Shown: one piece after another, positions 11,605-21,870 of the stretch
How positions within the stretch are numbered: position 1 is the first letter of the stretch
Layout: each line of letters begins with the position of its first letter
The notes under the pieces: model-generated
The model's database searches: none
The model's input: the letters and a program-made list of their open reading frames with translations, nothing else
Told to the model about the DNA's origin: nothing
NCBI GenBank assembly: GCA_037305845.1
Contig: CP147778.1
Span: 1,088,001-1,152,000, forward strand
From: Candidatus Freyarchaeum deiterrae
Lineage (GTDB): Archaea > Asgardarchaeota > Jordiarchaeia > Jordiarchaeales > Jordiarchaeaceae
Direction: 5' to 3'
Length of the DNA: 64,000 nt
Made by a program: the position numbers and the translations under genes

Positions 11605-11841
11605 AAAAACAGGGACAGATAATTTAAAGATTAAAAAATCAACATTTTTGTATCATTTATTAATTTTCTGTTCTCTCGATTAAGTAAATATATATTCTAT
11701 AAATAAATTTTGATAAATTTCTTTTTTCCATAAATAATAATAGAAAAATGAAAAACCGTTAAGGGGAACAAAAGTATCGGAAAGTTTATTTATTCGTATT
11801 TATTTTTCTTTCTTAAACATCTGTGTAGGAGTTGTCAAATT

Positions 11842-12183
11842 TTGGTTGGAAAAATATGCCAACCCTCATGTCAATTTTTCCAGTGTGCACAGAATTCCAT
11901 GGAAGCAAGAAGAAATAACCGCGGAACAGTGTTACTTTGCGCCTGGGGAGGCGACACCTGCGTAGGCGCCCAATGCGTTTACGCGAATTGTATTCGAAAG
12001 AAGTTAAAGTCGGATTTAACGTGTGGCCTCGAACCCCAGAAACCTCAACAGGAACAAGTCAGAAAAGTCGAACCGCAACTAGTGGTAGAGCCGAAAAAAG
12101 AGGGAAATTGGACTTTGGATAAAGTTCCTGTAAAGTCAAAAGCTTTGAAAAAGATTAAAGGCCTAGATTATGACTTGGACTAA
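11842..12183 (+). CDS. Conserved Cys-rich hypothetical protein
   Basis: Multiple Cys in the N-terminal half; AGGAG RBS. Confidence 0.7.
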   Translation: MVGKICQPSCQFFQCAQNSMEARRNNRGTVLLCAWGGDTCVGAQCVYANCIRKKLKSDLTCGLEPQKPQQEQVRKVEPQLVVEPKKEGNWTLDKVPVKSKALKKIKGLDYDLD

Positions 12184-12459
12184 GACTCAAGGTTCTTATT
12201 TTTGACTCCTTTATTTTTTCTAAACAATTTTAATTTATAATTTTTTTATTATTATACTGAACTAGTAGTGTTATTTTTCATTTTATGAACATAAATCATT
12301 TTATACCTGATTAAATTCTGTTTCAAATATTGCAGATTTTTGCTTAGCTGGGGTTATTGTAAATTATTATTTAACTGTTAACCGACGCGATCTTCAAGCC
12401 AAAGCCGAAGCGGGTTAAACAACAACAATATTAATTTAGAAAGCGTATTTGAGGGTTTA

Positions 12460-13398
12460 TTACACTTGGTAGTTTAGAAATGTGTCCAAGCGAGATTTGG
12501 TTCTTTTATACTCTGGTGCTTCATTGCTTATCAGAAGATTTTTTATTTTTTTGGTTTCATTGATTCTCGCTTCTGTACTATCTTTTTCGTTTTTAGATTC
12601 GCAAATTATGGTGAACTTTTCAAGAAAATTTTGTTCTTTTAAGAAGGATAGAATAAATCTCCAAGGAAGTTGATTTTGTTTATTATCAAGTGTAGTATGG
12701 GCTTTCTCTCCTCTTCTTGTGGTAATAATCCCTGAGATATGTATGGGTACCCTGTATTTTTTGAGGTCGATGTTATTTTCTATTAATTCTAGTCTGTGCA
12801 GCAGACCAGCTTCGGTTGTTACCATTCCACCTCTGGCAAAATCGTGGGCGATATCCCAGCAAATTAAACACCCGTTTTCACCCGCAACTCTAATGAGTGT
12901 ATCAAAATCCGCAAATGATTTAACCTTCCCTGCAACTTCTGGCGCTAGCATAGTTTTGAATCCTCTATCCTCTCTGGCTTTCATAACTTCTTTTAGTAGA
13001 GTCTTGACTCTTTTTTCGCTGTCTCTGGCTTTCATTGAGCCGCAGTGAAATGTGATGTGAGTGGCTCCTAGTACGTCGCCTAGTTTTAGGTTAATACTAA
13101 AGTGAGCCTTAGTATTTTTTATACGCTTGGGGTTGGTAGTAGTTAAACTTATGATGTATGGGGCATGCGCACTCACTTGCAAGCCGCGAAGCTTTTCTGC
13201 AATTATTTCTGTTTGCTCCACGGAGGGATACAAGGGGGCGGAGCTACCCTTGGGGGCGTAAAGTACATTGCCCAGAAATAGTATTTCAAGAGCGTTAAAT
13301 CCGTTTTCGTTGAATTTGTTTGCTATATTCGAAACTTTTTCGGCCCCCGTATACACGGACAAATGAAATGCAGAAAATCCCAAAAACAATTTTTTCAC
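12460..13398 (-). CDS. Endonuclease IV / AP-endonuclease-2 family TIM barrel
   Basis: SAHAPYIISL, FHCG, PEVAGK, CWDIAHDFAR and IICES; C-terminal PIP-box-like KSRLDTF. Confidence 0.85.
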   Translation of the reverse strand: MKKLFLGFSAFHLSVYTGAEKVSNIANKFNENGFNALEILFLGNVLYAPKGSSAPLYPSVEQTEIIAEKLRGLQVSAHAPYIISLTTTNPKRIKNTKAHFSINLKLGDVLGATHITFHCGSMKARDSEKRVKTLLKEVMKAREDRGFKTMLAPEVAGKVKSFADFDTLIRVAGENGCLICWDIAHDFARGGMVTTEAGLLHRLELIENNIDLKKYRVPIHISGIITTRRGEKAHTTLDNKQNQLPWRFILSFLKEQNFLEKFTIICESKNEKDSTEARINETKKIKNLLISNEAPEYKRTKSRLDTFLNYQV

Positions 13399-13610
13399 CA
13401 GATTAGGATGGGGATAATTAGGAATGGGGGATACTATTATTCTTTTTTAATATTCGAAAAACTGATTGTATATCTTCTCTTTTTTATTAATTATGTAAAT
13501 ATTATCTTTTTGGATAAGTTTATATGGCTGTTTATACAAACTACTATTGAAGTGTAATGTATTTATGTTCACTGAAGTGTAGTTAACTACACTAAACCAA
13601 CGGAATATAG

Positions 13611-14654
13611 ATGAGGGAGAGCAAAGCAGAAGAAAAACCGAGGCATAAAAAAGTGAAAATAAAAATAAAAACTCCAAGCAGATTACACTTCACTCTCATC
13701 GATTTAAATGGATCACTAGGCAGAATCGACGGAGGAATAGGAGTAACACTCAACTATCCGAATGTGATAATCGAAGCTGAACCCGCAGACAACATAGTAG
13801 TTGAAGGCGAAAAAAGAGAGTTAGTAGAGTCGATTACTAGAAATGCCGTTAACAAAATCTCTCCCGGAAATGGTATAAGAATAAAGGTCATTTCCACAAT
13901 ACCGGAACACGTTGGTTTGGGATCAAAAACACAACTCTCATTAGCAATTGCGACAGCAGTTAACAGAATTAGTGGAAGTAACTTCTCAGTAAGAGAACTG
14001 GTTAGAATAATTAGCCGAGCTGGTACCTCCGGCATAGGTGTTGCTGCTTTTGAACGGGGAGGTTTTATATTAGATAGTGGTCACACTTTTGGGCCGGGAA
14101 AACAGAAGGAGAAGTTTTCTCCATCATCGGCATCACATGCTCCGCCCGCACCAGTAATAATTAGACAAGATGTTCCCGAAGACTGGTTCTTTGTAATCGG
14201 AATATCTAATGTAGATAAGGGGGCGCATGGGGCTAGAGAAGTAGAAATTTTTGAAAAATGTTGCCCTGTCCCCGTAGGAGAAGTAGAAAAACTTAGTCAT
14301 TTAATCTTGATGAAAACTCTGCCCGCCTTAGTGGACAAAGACATTGAAACATTTGGAAACAGTCTTTATGAAATACAAAAAATCGGGTTTAAAAAAATTG
14401 AAGTTGGGCTTCAAGACCCCGTAGTAAAGAAGTTAATGGATTTCATGATGGTAAAAGGAGCCTATGGTTCAGGTGTAAGTTCATTTGGACCAGCTGTTTA
14501 TGGATTAGTAAGTGGAATAGAAAACGCTGAAAAATTATCCTTGGAAACCGATTTGTTCCTCAAGAACCACACTGGAGGAGAGGTTTTCATTTCGGGGGTT
14601 AACAATAACGGTGTGGAAGTAAAAGAAGCAAATTTACTACTGACGAGCAATTAG
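13611..14654 (+). CDS. mptG: Beta-ribofuranosylaminobenzene 5'-phosphate synthase
   Basis: TPSRLHFTLIDLNG..GRIDGG, PEHVGLGSKTQL, SGIGVAAF..GGFILDSGH and SSFGPAVY. Confidence 0.9.
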   Translation: MRESKAEEKPRHKKVKIKIKTPSRLHFTLIDLNGSLGRIDGGIGVTLNYPNVIIEAEPADNIVVEGEKRELVESITRNAVNKISPGNGIRIKVISTIPEHVGLGSKTQLSLAIATAVNRISGSNFSVRELVRIISRAGTSGIGVAAFERGGFILDSGHTFGPGKQKEKFSPSSASHAPPAPVIIRQDVPEDWFFVIGISNVDKGAHGAREVEIFEKCCPVPVGEVEKLSHLILMKTLPALVDKDIETFGNSLYEIQKIGFKKIEVGLQDPVVKKLMDFMMVKGAYGSGVSSFGPAVYGLVSGIENAEKLSLETDLFLKNHTGGEVFISGVNNNGVEVKEANLLLTSN

Positions 14655-14699
14655 TCTTTATTCAATTTAAAACAGGGTTTTCTTACCAGAGGGTTACCA

Positions 14700-15782
14700 A
14701 TGGTTAGAGTCTGTGGAATCGATCCGGGAACTGGATCGTGGGATTTTATAGGATTGAATAACGGAAAAGTGACTCTGGATACCTCAATTCCCACAAAGAA
14801 TATTGTTTCAAATCCCTCGCTAGTAATTGATGTGATAAAGTCAATGGGCAATCTAGACTTGGTAGTTGCTCCAAGTGGGTATGGTTTACCGCTCACTAGA
14901 ATCGACGAACTTGACGAAAAAAAAACTTTTCTTCTTACACTGAAGAGAGAAGAGGATAGGAAGCTGATCGGGCTTAGCGAAGTAATTAAGCTGCTTATCG
15001 AGGAGAGAATTAATGGGTACTTCATTCCGGGAATTAAACATTTACCTACTGTTCCCAAATTTAGAAAAGTTGGTAAAATAGATATGGGGACATCAGACAA
15101 ACTCTGCAGCGTTGCACTTGCACTCTATGAGGAATCCAAAAGGTTGCATAAAGATTATAGTGAAATATCATTTATTCTTGTTGAGATAGGAAGCGGTTTT
15201 ACTGCAGTTATGGGTGTAAAGGATGGGAAAATAGTAGATGCGGTGGGTGGAGCGGAGGGAGGTATTGGCTTTCTGGCCTGCGGTGGTTTAGACGCAGAAG
15301 TAGCCTACTTGCTAGGCAAATTCGACAAAAATTTGATCTACACCGGTGGAGCCTCATACATCGCTGGTTACGATGGGCTAAGTCCTGAGGAATTCGAAAT
15401 CATGGCTGCAAGAGGAGATGAGAGGTTCACGCTGGCCTGGGAAGCTCTTCTAGAAAGCGCGGTCAAGGATGTAGCAGCTATCAATGTATCCGTTGAGGGA
15501 ACGCCTCAAATACTTTTGGCAGGCAAGCTGTCAAGAGTTGACAGAATCCAAAAAGAACTCGGTATGAGATTATCGTCCTTTGCGGATGTCCGAAGGGTTG
15601 AGGGATTCGCTCAAATTGCAAAAGAAGCGGCGCAAGGAGCAGCCCTAATAGCTGACGGATTGGCTGGAGGCAATAACAAAAGCTTGGTTGATTCTCTTAA
15701 AATCAGAGAGGCAACGGGAACTGTTCTTGACTATATTTATTTTAAAGAAATTGAAGAATTGAGGGAAAGAATTGGAGTATAA
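14700..15782 (+). CDS. DUF1464 family ASKHA (butyrate-kinase-like) protein
   Basis: GIDPGT.SWD, APSGYGLP, IDMGTSDK and KEAAQGAALIADGLAGG. Confidence 0.85.
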   Translation: MVRVCGIDPGTGSWDFIGLNNGKVTLDTSIPTKNIVSNPSLVIDVIKSMGNLDLVVAPSGYGLPLTRIDELDEKKTFLLTLKREEDRKLIGLSEVIKLLIEERINGYFIPGIKHLPTVPKFRKVGKIDMGTSDKLCSVALALYEESKRLHKDYSEISFILVEIGSGFTAVMGVKDGKIVDAVGGAEGGIGFLACGGLDAEVAYLLGKFDKNLIYTGGASYIAGYDGLSPEEFEIMAARGDERFTLAWEALLESAVKDVAAINVSVEGTPQILLAGKLSRVDRIQKELGMRLSSFADVRRVEGFAQIAKEAAQGAALIADGLAGGNNKSLVDSLKIREATGTVLDYIYFKEIEELRERIGV

Positions 15783-16503
15783 TGTAGCATGGTGTATCAC
15801 AGGAGCTGGCCACTTTCTCTTGGAGAGCTTTGAGGTTTTCCTCAAGTTGGTCAAAAATAGGGATGTAAAGGTTACTACTCTTATGTCAGGCGCCGGTGAA
15901 GAGGTAGCATGTGTTTATGGAGTTCTTGACAAGCTTAACCAAATTTCCCCTGGGGGTTATTATCAGGAAATAATTCTGGAGAGAGAGCAGGGGAAGGGAT
16001 TTCCGAAAGCAGGTAGGCTTGCGAGAGGGACTTATGCGGCTCTAGTGATTTCTCCGGCGACAGCTAATACTGTTGCAAAGATGGTGTATGGGATAGCAGA
16101 TACATTGGTAACCTCTGCCTTTGCTCAAGCACAAAAGGGGAATGTACCGGCTTTCATTGTACCCACAGACTATAAAGAGGGAACGATTGCAACCAAGCTA
16201 CCAACGGTGATAGACTATGACGTTTGTGTAGGATGTGATAATTGTTTCCCACTCGAGAAGTGTCCCAGCAATGCGATAAAGATGGTTGAAAAACCCACTA
16301 TAGATTTAACCCTTTGTCGAGGCTGCAAAACTTGTATAGACCTTTGTATGTATGGAGCTATTAGCTTTGGAAAAGAAATAGAAACCAGAGTACGAAAGAT
16401 AGATGAGGAGAACGTTCATAAAATATCACTTTTCGAGGGAGTGACGATCCTAAAAAATCCCTACGAAATTTATGACACTATTTCATCTCTGGATGTGAGT
16501 TAG
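15772..16503 (+). CDS. dmrX: Dihydromethanopterin reductase (archaeal flavoprotein with 2x[4Fe-4S] insert)
   Basis: AWCITGAGH and PATANTVAKMVYGIADTLVT, plus two ferredoxin motifs. Confidence 0.85.
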   Translation: MEYNVAWCITGAGHFLLESFEVFLKLVKNRDVKVTTLMSGAGEEVACVYGVLDKLNQISPGGYYQEIILEREQGKGFPKAGRLARGTYAALVISPATANTVAKMVYGIADTLVTSAFAQAQKGNVPAFIVPTDYKEGTIATKLPTVIDYDVCVGCDNCFPLEKCPSNAIKMVEKPTIDLTLCRGCKTCIDLCMYGAISFGKEIETRVRKIDEENVHKISLFEGVTILKNPYEIYDTISSLDVS

Positions 16504-18060
16504 TTGAAGGTTTTGTTGGTTACTGGGAGGCTGGCCAGGGAATCTGTAGAAAAAGCTGCAGCGCAAAGTGGGATAGACGCTGATGTAATCGAGTTGCCTG
16601 TTTCCGTAGCAGCGTTTCTATCCCCACAAGTGATTGCCGCACAGTTAAAGGGTAAAATATTCAAAGATTATGATTTTGTAATTGTTCCAGGACTCGTCAA
16701 AGGAGATACTAGTATAATAGAGAATGAAATAAAAATTCCAGCTTTTAAAGGCCCGAAGTATGCCTCAGATATTCCAATGATCTTAAATAATCCAGAAATT
16801 CCCCTATCAAAGCTCTATCCCGCGGATTACATTTTCAAAAAAAGCGGAGAGGAGGAGTATAGAGAGATAGTTTCACAATTGGAGAGGAATACTAGTGAAA
16901 GTTCCAGAAATTTCAGAGTAGGGAAGGAAATTGAACCAGTTTATTTAGGTCTGGATTTCCCCCCAAGAATTTTGGCTGAAATAGTTGACGCTCCTAAATT
17001 AACTTTGGAAAAAGCGATTGCAATTGCCGAATACTACGCAAATTCGGGGGCGAGCATGATTGATATAGGAGCGGTTGTGGGTGAAGATAATTCGAGTAAA
17101 CTCCGAGAAATAGTTTCCACGATTAAGGAAAAATTTTCTTTGCCGGTAAGTATAGATTCTCTGCTTCCATCAGAGATCGAAGCGGGGGTTGAGGCGGGAG
17201 CGGATCTTGTTTTAAGCTTGGATAATGGGAATATAAAAGAGTTAGAGTCTTTACCAAAGGATGTGGGCGTCGTTTTGCTTCCAACTAATGTAAGGGAGGG
17301 ATACCTGCCAAACACAGCCAAGGAGAGAGTTGAAAGTTTGTTGAGTCTTTACCAAAATGCTGAAAGACTTGGATTTAAAAAGATAATAGTAGACCCGCTC
17401 CTTGAATCTCCCATTAACCCAGGAGTAGCGAAATCCTTGGAGTCCTACAGTTTGTTCAGAAAGAATAATCAATCTGTACCCATGATGTTTGGAGTGGGAA
17501 ACGTTACCGAATTTATGGATGTTGACAGCGTAGGAGTTAATGGTCTTCTAGCTTGCTTGGCAGTAGAGCTGAGAGTATCACTCCTTCTTACTACGGAGCA
17601 TAGTATTAAAACAAGGCATAGCATATACGAGCTTGACCGGACGATAATGATGGCATTTCTAGCCTCAAAGAAGGATAAACCCTTAAAGGATTTGGGATTG
17701 AATTTACTCAAATCAAAGAGTAAAACGGAGCATGTAGAACCCAGTATTGAAAAAGTTGAGGTAATAGAAGCTGGTACTGCTGACGAGTTCTACACCTCAG
17801 ATCCCGAGGGATATTTCAAAATATGGGTTAACCATGAAGAAGGGAAATTATACTTATCTTTTAACAGCTCCCGGTCAGATAGAGCGCTGGTGTTTAGGGG
17901 AGTATCTGCGGAGGCTCTAGGCAAGAAAATTATTTCATTGGGTCTGATTAGTAGACTGGATCACGCTCTATATGTTGGGAGAGAGTTAAGTAAGGCTGAA
18001 ACATGTTTACTCTTGGGTAAGAGTTACTCTCAGGATATGAATATTTTTGGTGAGGATTAA
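16504..18060 (+). CDS. Dihydropteroate synthase-like protein with C-terminal DUF4346-type domain
   Basis: LLVTGRLA, ILAEIVDA, PVSIDS, GVGNVTEFMDVDSVGVN, DPEGYF and LDHALYVGREL. Confidence 0.88.
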   Translation: MKVLLVTGRLARESVEKAAAQSGIDADVIELPVSVAAFLSPQVIAAQLKGKIFKDYDFVIVPGLVKGDTSIIENEIKIPAFKGPKYASDIPMILNNPEIPLSKLYPADYIFKKSGEEEYREIVSQLERNTSESSRNFRVGKEIEPVYLGLDFPPRILAEIVDAPKLTLEKAIAIAEYYANSGASMIDIGAVVGEDNSSKLREIVSTIKEKFSLPVSIDSLLPSEIEAGVEAGADLVLSLDNGNIKELESLPKDVGVVLLPTNVREGYLPNTAKERVESLLSLYQNAERLGFKKIIVDPLLESPINPGVAKSLESYSLFRKNNQSVPMMFGVGNVTEFMDVDSVGVNGLLACLAVELRVSLLLTTEHSIKTRHSIYELDRTIMMAFLASKKDKPLKDLGLNLLKSKSKTEHVEPSIEKVEVIEAGTADEFYTSDPEGYFKIWVNHEEGKLYLSFNSSRSDRALVFRGVSAEALGKKIISLGLISRLDHALYVGRELSKAETCLLLGKSYSQDMNIFGED

Positions 18061-18062
18061 AA

Positions 18063-19028
18063 ATGGTGGAACTTCCGGATGTTCAAAACCAGGAAGCATT
18101 GTTGCCCATAGGCTTAGATAAAGTGGGCTTGATTGGTATAGTTAAACGTGTCAAAATAACTCGCAATAACGAGGAAATCATTCTTCTGCCTTCAATTTCT
18201 GCTTTTATAGACCTTCCGAGGAACATGAGAGGGATTCACATGTCCAGAAGCATCGAAACCATAGAGGGCATAATAGAAGAAATCTCTTATCGCCCTGTGG
18301 GAAGTATTGAGAGCTTTTGTGAGAAATTGGTTAAAATGCTTCTCGAAAAACATGACTACGCTTCACACGCCTCGGTTATAATGGAGAGCCCTCTGGTGTT
18401 GGATGTAAGAAGTGGAGAAACAGAAGTCAAAAGACAAAAGACTTACAGGGTCTATGCCAAAGGTATGGGAGAAAGAAAGAATGGAGAAATTGTTACCAGA
18501 ACCTTTTTAGGAGTAAGCGGCGAAGGCATGACGGTCTGTCCCTGCGGGCAGGAAATCACAAGAGAATACTCAAAAACAATGCTCAGAAAAAGAGCCAAGG
18601 AGTTCAATATCAATGAGGAGACCATAGACAAAATCCTAAACCTTGTACCCATAGCATCGCACAGTCAAAGATGCAGAGCAAAAATTATAATAGAAACTCC
18701 TAAAGAAAATGCGTTAAACATAAATGAACTCATTCAGATAATTGAAGAATCTATGAGCGGAGTAACACAAGACGTTTTAAAAAGACCGGACGAAGCCCGC
18801 CTAATCCGAATAGCACATCTTAACCCAAAATTCATCGAAGACACCGCCCGGCAGATAATTTACAGAAGCGCTCAAGAGTTTAAAGACTTACCAGATGCAA
18901 CAGAGATAAGCGTTGAAGTGGAAAGTATGGAATCTGTTCACGGCTACAACGCCTTTGCAACAAAAACCGCAACTCTAGGAGAGATAAAAGAAACATTAGA
19001 ACTAGAAAAACCAACAAAGGGATTATAA
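18063..19028 (+). CDS. mptA: GTP cyclohydrolase MptA (FolE2 family)
   Basis: LPDVQ, RGIHMSR, GMTVCPCGQ, SHSQR, LKRPDE, NPKFIED and ESVH. Confidence 0.9.
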   Translation: MVELPDVQNQEALLPIGLDKVGLIGIVKRVKITRNNEEIILLPSISAFIDLPRNMRGIHMSRSIETIEGIIEEISYRPVGSIESFCEKLVKMLLEKHDYASHASVIMESPLVLDVRSGETEVKRQKTYRVYAKGMGERKNGEIVTRTFLGVSGEGMTVCPCGQEITREYSKTMLRKRAKEFNINEETIDKILNLVPIASHSQRCRAKIIIETPKENALNINELIQIIEESMSGVTQDVLKRPDEARLIRIAHLNPKFIEDTARQIIYRSAQEFKDLPDATEISVEVESMESVHGYNAFATKTATLGEIKETLELEKPTKGL

Positions 19029-19102
19029 CATCGCAAGCAATCTAAAAATCGGAGAGGCATAACAAAAATAATAAATGTAGAGAAAATCTTAGGTGCACCA
19101 AA

Positions 19103-20125
19103 TTGGAATACGCACAACCAATTCTGGAGGGAGATTTTATTGAAGACAAAAATAATCTTATTTTTGATGTCAAAGGGCTGATACATCCTCTGGACAGAGT
19201 GATAGCCTACTTGAGGTACTACCCTGATGCTGAGGGCGAGAGAATCAGAAAGAACGGTAAACGGTATAGGAAGGTCTACTCGTTAGAGGATAGAGCAAAA
19301 TACCTGTATGAACATTTTCCAGAGTACATGTACTTCGACTCGGTATTCGGTGTGGAACTTGAGGGAGTTCTCAGAAATCAGATATTGAAAGTTTACAATC
19401 CTATAGATAGACTTCAAAAGTTGTTATCTCAGAGTCCTTCAGATGATATGACAAATAGCGTAATACTTTTTGCGGAAACCCTTCAAGAAGAATCTAGGGT
19501 ACCGATGAACAAAATGGGAGTATCGGGATCAGTCTTGGTCGATTTAGCAAAGCCAGAATCAGACATAGATATGATAGTCTACGGGGAAAAAAATTGCCGC
19601 GTAGCATATGAAGCGATAAGAAGGCTTTTCGATAAAAATTCCCTTATAAAAGCCTACAATGAAGGGGAGCTGAGGAAACTATATGAATTCAGAGTTAAAG
19701 ATACTCTGATGAGTTATGAAGACTTTTTATTTAGCGAAAAAAGAAAGTGCATGTCAGGAGAAATAAAAGGGAAAGACTTTTTCATGCGTTTCCTTAAGGA
19801 ACCGAGCGAAATATCGGAGAGATACGGTGATGCAAAGTATGTATCCTTAAATAATGCAAGGATAGAGGGAGTAGTGCTCGACGATAAAGAAGCCATATTT
19901 ACTCCCTGCAGATACATTGTAGAACACACCAAAACACTGAAGGGAAAGGCCCCTAAGATTAGGGAGATAGTATCCTTTCGAGGACGCTTCTGCGACCATG
20001 TTAGAGAGAAAGAAAGATTCATAGCCCAAGGAAAGATTGAGAAAGTAATCACAAAAAATGAGACTTACCATAGAATAATCTTGGGAGGAGAAAAGGAGGA
20101 TTTTTTAATCGTTAAACGATCCTGA
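19103..20125 (+). CDS. Predicted nucleotidyltransferase (COG1665-like), paralog 1
   Basis: VKGLIHP, AYLRYYP and Pol-beta-type GVSGS...SDIDMIVYG. Confidence 0.8.
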   Translation: MEYAQPILEGDFIEDKNNLIFDVKGLIHPLDRVIAYLRYYPDAEGERIRKNGKRYRKVYSLEDRAKYLYEHFPEYMYFDSVFGVELEGVLRNQILKVYNPIDRLQKLLSQSPSDDMTNSVILFAETLQEESRVPMNKMGVSGSVLVDLAKPESDIDMIVYGEKNCRVAYEAIRRLFDKNSLIKAYNEGELRKLYEFRVKDTLMSYEDFLFSEKRKCMSGEIKGKDFFMRFLKEPSEISERYGDAKYVSLNNARIEGVVLDDKEAIFTPCRYIVEHTKTLKGKAPKIREIVSFRGRFCDHVREKERFIAQGKIEKVITKNETYHRIILGGEKEDFLIVKRS

Positions 20126-20165
20126 CGTAAAAAATGTTTCCCATAAACTAATTGAGGAGTGAAAG

Positions 20166-21200
20166 TTGCGCAAAGAAAAGGATAGAGATTATATTCGAAC
20201 ATTCGAAGACCTTTTCTTCTGTGTTGTAGGGTACACACATCCTTCGGATAGAATTCTAGCCTACCTAAAGTACATGCCAAGCCCCGAGGGAAAATGGGGG
20301 CATGAACAACGGTTCAAGCGTATGTTAAAACAGTATGACGCACAGTCTGTAGCTGAAGGCTTCAAACTGCTAGAGAAAAAATATCCCAGTTATCTCTATA
20401 GAGACCTAATCAACGGCATTATATTTTCAGCAGTACCATTAGAATCCATAGCCGAAAGATACCATCCGGAAGAAAAAGTGAAAGAACTCATCAAAAGGAA
20501 AAACCTTGACCCCCTAGAAAAGAAAGCGATTTCACTCATAAAAACAATATCGAAACAGAGTGAGGTACCCACAGAGAAATACGGAGTAACAGGATCTATA
20601 CTTATCAGTATTCACAACCCCGATTTTTCTGATATAGACCTGACGATTTACGGAAGAGAAAACGCTCTAGCAACCAAAGAAGCGATACTAGAACTAAACA
20701 AGAAAAAAGTGTTAAACAGCTTTCAAGGAAAAGAAGCCGAGGAGTGGATTAAAAAAAAGGAGGGAATGTTCCAGCTAAACACTAAGCAAGCAAAGCTGCT
20801 ACTAGAAAGAAAATGGAACATAGGGTTCTACAAGGGAACACGCTTCTCCATCCATCCAATAAGAGAAGAATCAGAAATAAAAGAAGAGTACGGATCAAAA
20901 AAGTATAAGGGAAAAGGGTTTTCTCTAGTAGAAGCTATTGTAGAAAACGCTGATGAATCTCTTTACCTACCATGCAAATATGAGATAAGAAGTACTAAAA
21001 TACTTGAAGGAGAAAGAGTAGAAAACATAAATGAAGTTACATCATATGAAGGAATCTTTTGCCACTTCGCAGAAAAGGGAGAGAGAGTAAGAGCCAAAGG
21101 AAAACTGGAAGAGGTAATACCAAAAATGGGAGAACCTTACTATAGAATACTAATAGGGTCACCAGAAGCTCAAGCAAAAGACTTTATACATGTAGTATAG
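20166..21200 (+). CDS. Predicted nucleotidyltransferase (COG1665-like), paralog 2
   Basis: VGYTHP, AYLKYMP and GVTGS...SDIDLTIYG. Confidence 0.8.
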   Translation: MRKEKDRDYIRTFEDLFFCVVGYTHPSDRILAYLKYMPSPEGKWGHEQRFKRMLKQYDAQSVAEGFKLLEKKYPSYLYRDLINGIIFSAVPLESIAERYHPEEKVKELIKRKNLDPLEKKAISLIKTISKQSEVPTEKYGVTGSILISIHNPDFSDIDLTIYGRENALATKEAILELNKKKVLNSFQGKEAEEWIKKKEGMFQLNTKQAKLLLERKWNIGFYKGTRFSIHPIREESEIKEEYGSKKYKGKGFSLVEAIVENADESLYLPCKYEIRSTKILEGERVENINEVTSYEGIFCHFAEKGERVRAKGKLEEVIPKMGEPYYRILIGSPEAQAKDFIHVV

Positions 21201-21209
21201 CAGTGAAAG

Positions 21210-21542
21210 CTACTTACTCTTTAAGTCTTCAATTAATTGATTTCCTTCAAGTTTTAATTTGTTCCAAGCACTTTCGAACTCTGGATCACACTCACCATCC
21301 GCAGCACACTTGTTATACAGCTCAATGAACTTGATGAAACTAGTAAATATAGGTAAACTAAGAAGTTTCATTTGTTGTGAGTTAACATTAACATAGGAAA
21401 TAATAGCAGAGTCCACCACCGAGGAAACACCTAAAATGTCCCTTAGAACCACTTTTCCTTCAACCTGTTCAGCGTAAACAACATCAGTCGCAACAACAGA
21501 CGACTTTACACTATCTGATACAGAAACTTTAAACTCACACAT
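21210..21542 (-). CDS. CooT-family nickel-binding protein with C-terminal extension
   Basis: N-terminal MCE followed by DV and LRDILG patterns. Confidence 0.75.
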   Translation of the reverse strand: MCEFKVSVSDSVKSSVVATDVVYAEQVEGKVVLRDILGVSSVVDSAIISYVNVNSQQMKLLSLPIFTSFIKFIELYNKCAADGECDPEFESAWNKLKLEGNQLIEDLKSK

Positions 21543-21870
21543 AGAATAGACCTCCCATCATTTTATAAAGAAGTTAATGGATTTGAAATACTTTTCCTAA
21601 ATGGATTTAATTTATGGCGAACTCCAATTACCTAGCCTTAATTAACTTAAATTTTGGAATATTTTTCTAATTTAAGCTTGTTTTACACAATGGGGAGCCG
21701 GGTTTTTAGACAAAGTTTTATATTCTTTTCAAATTAAATTTATAGGAATAAAAAGTGTGGCTCCCCAGAGCTGTGAAAGAAAGGTTTTGATAACCGAATA
21801 TTTTTAAAGAGAAAGTGAAAAGAATAAGCGTAAAAAGAAGCTCAAAAATTATGCGGGAGATAAAAGTGAA

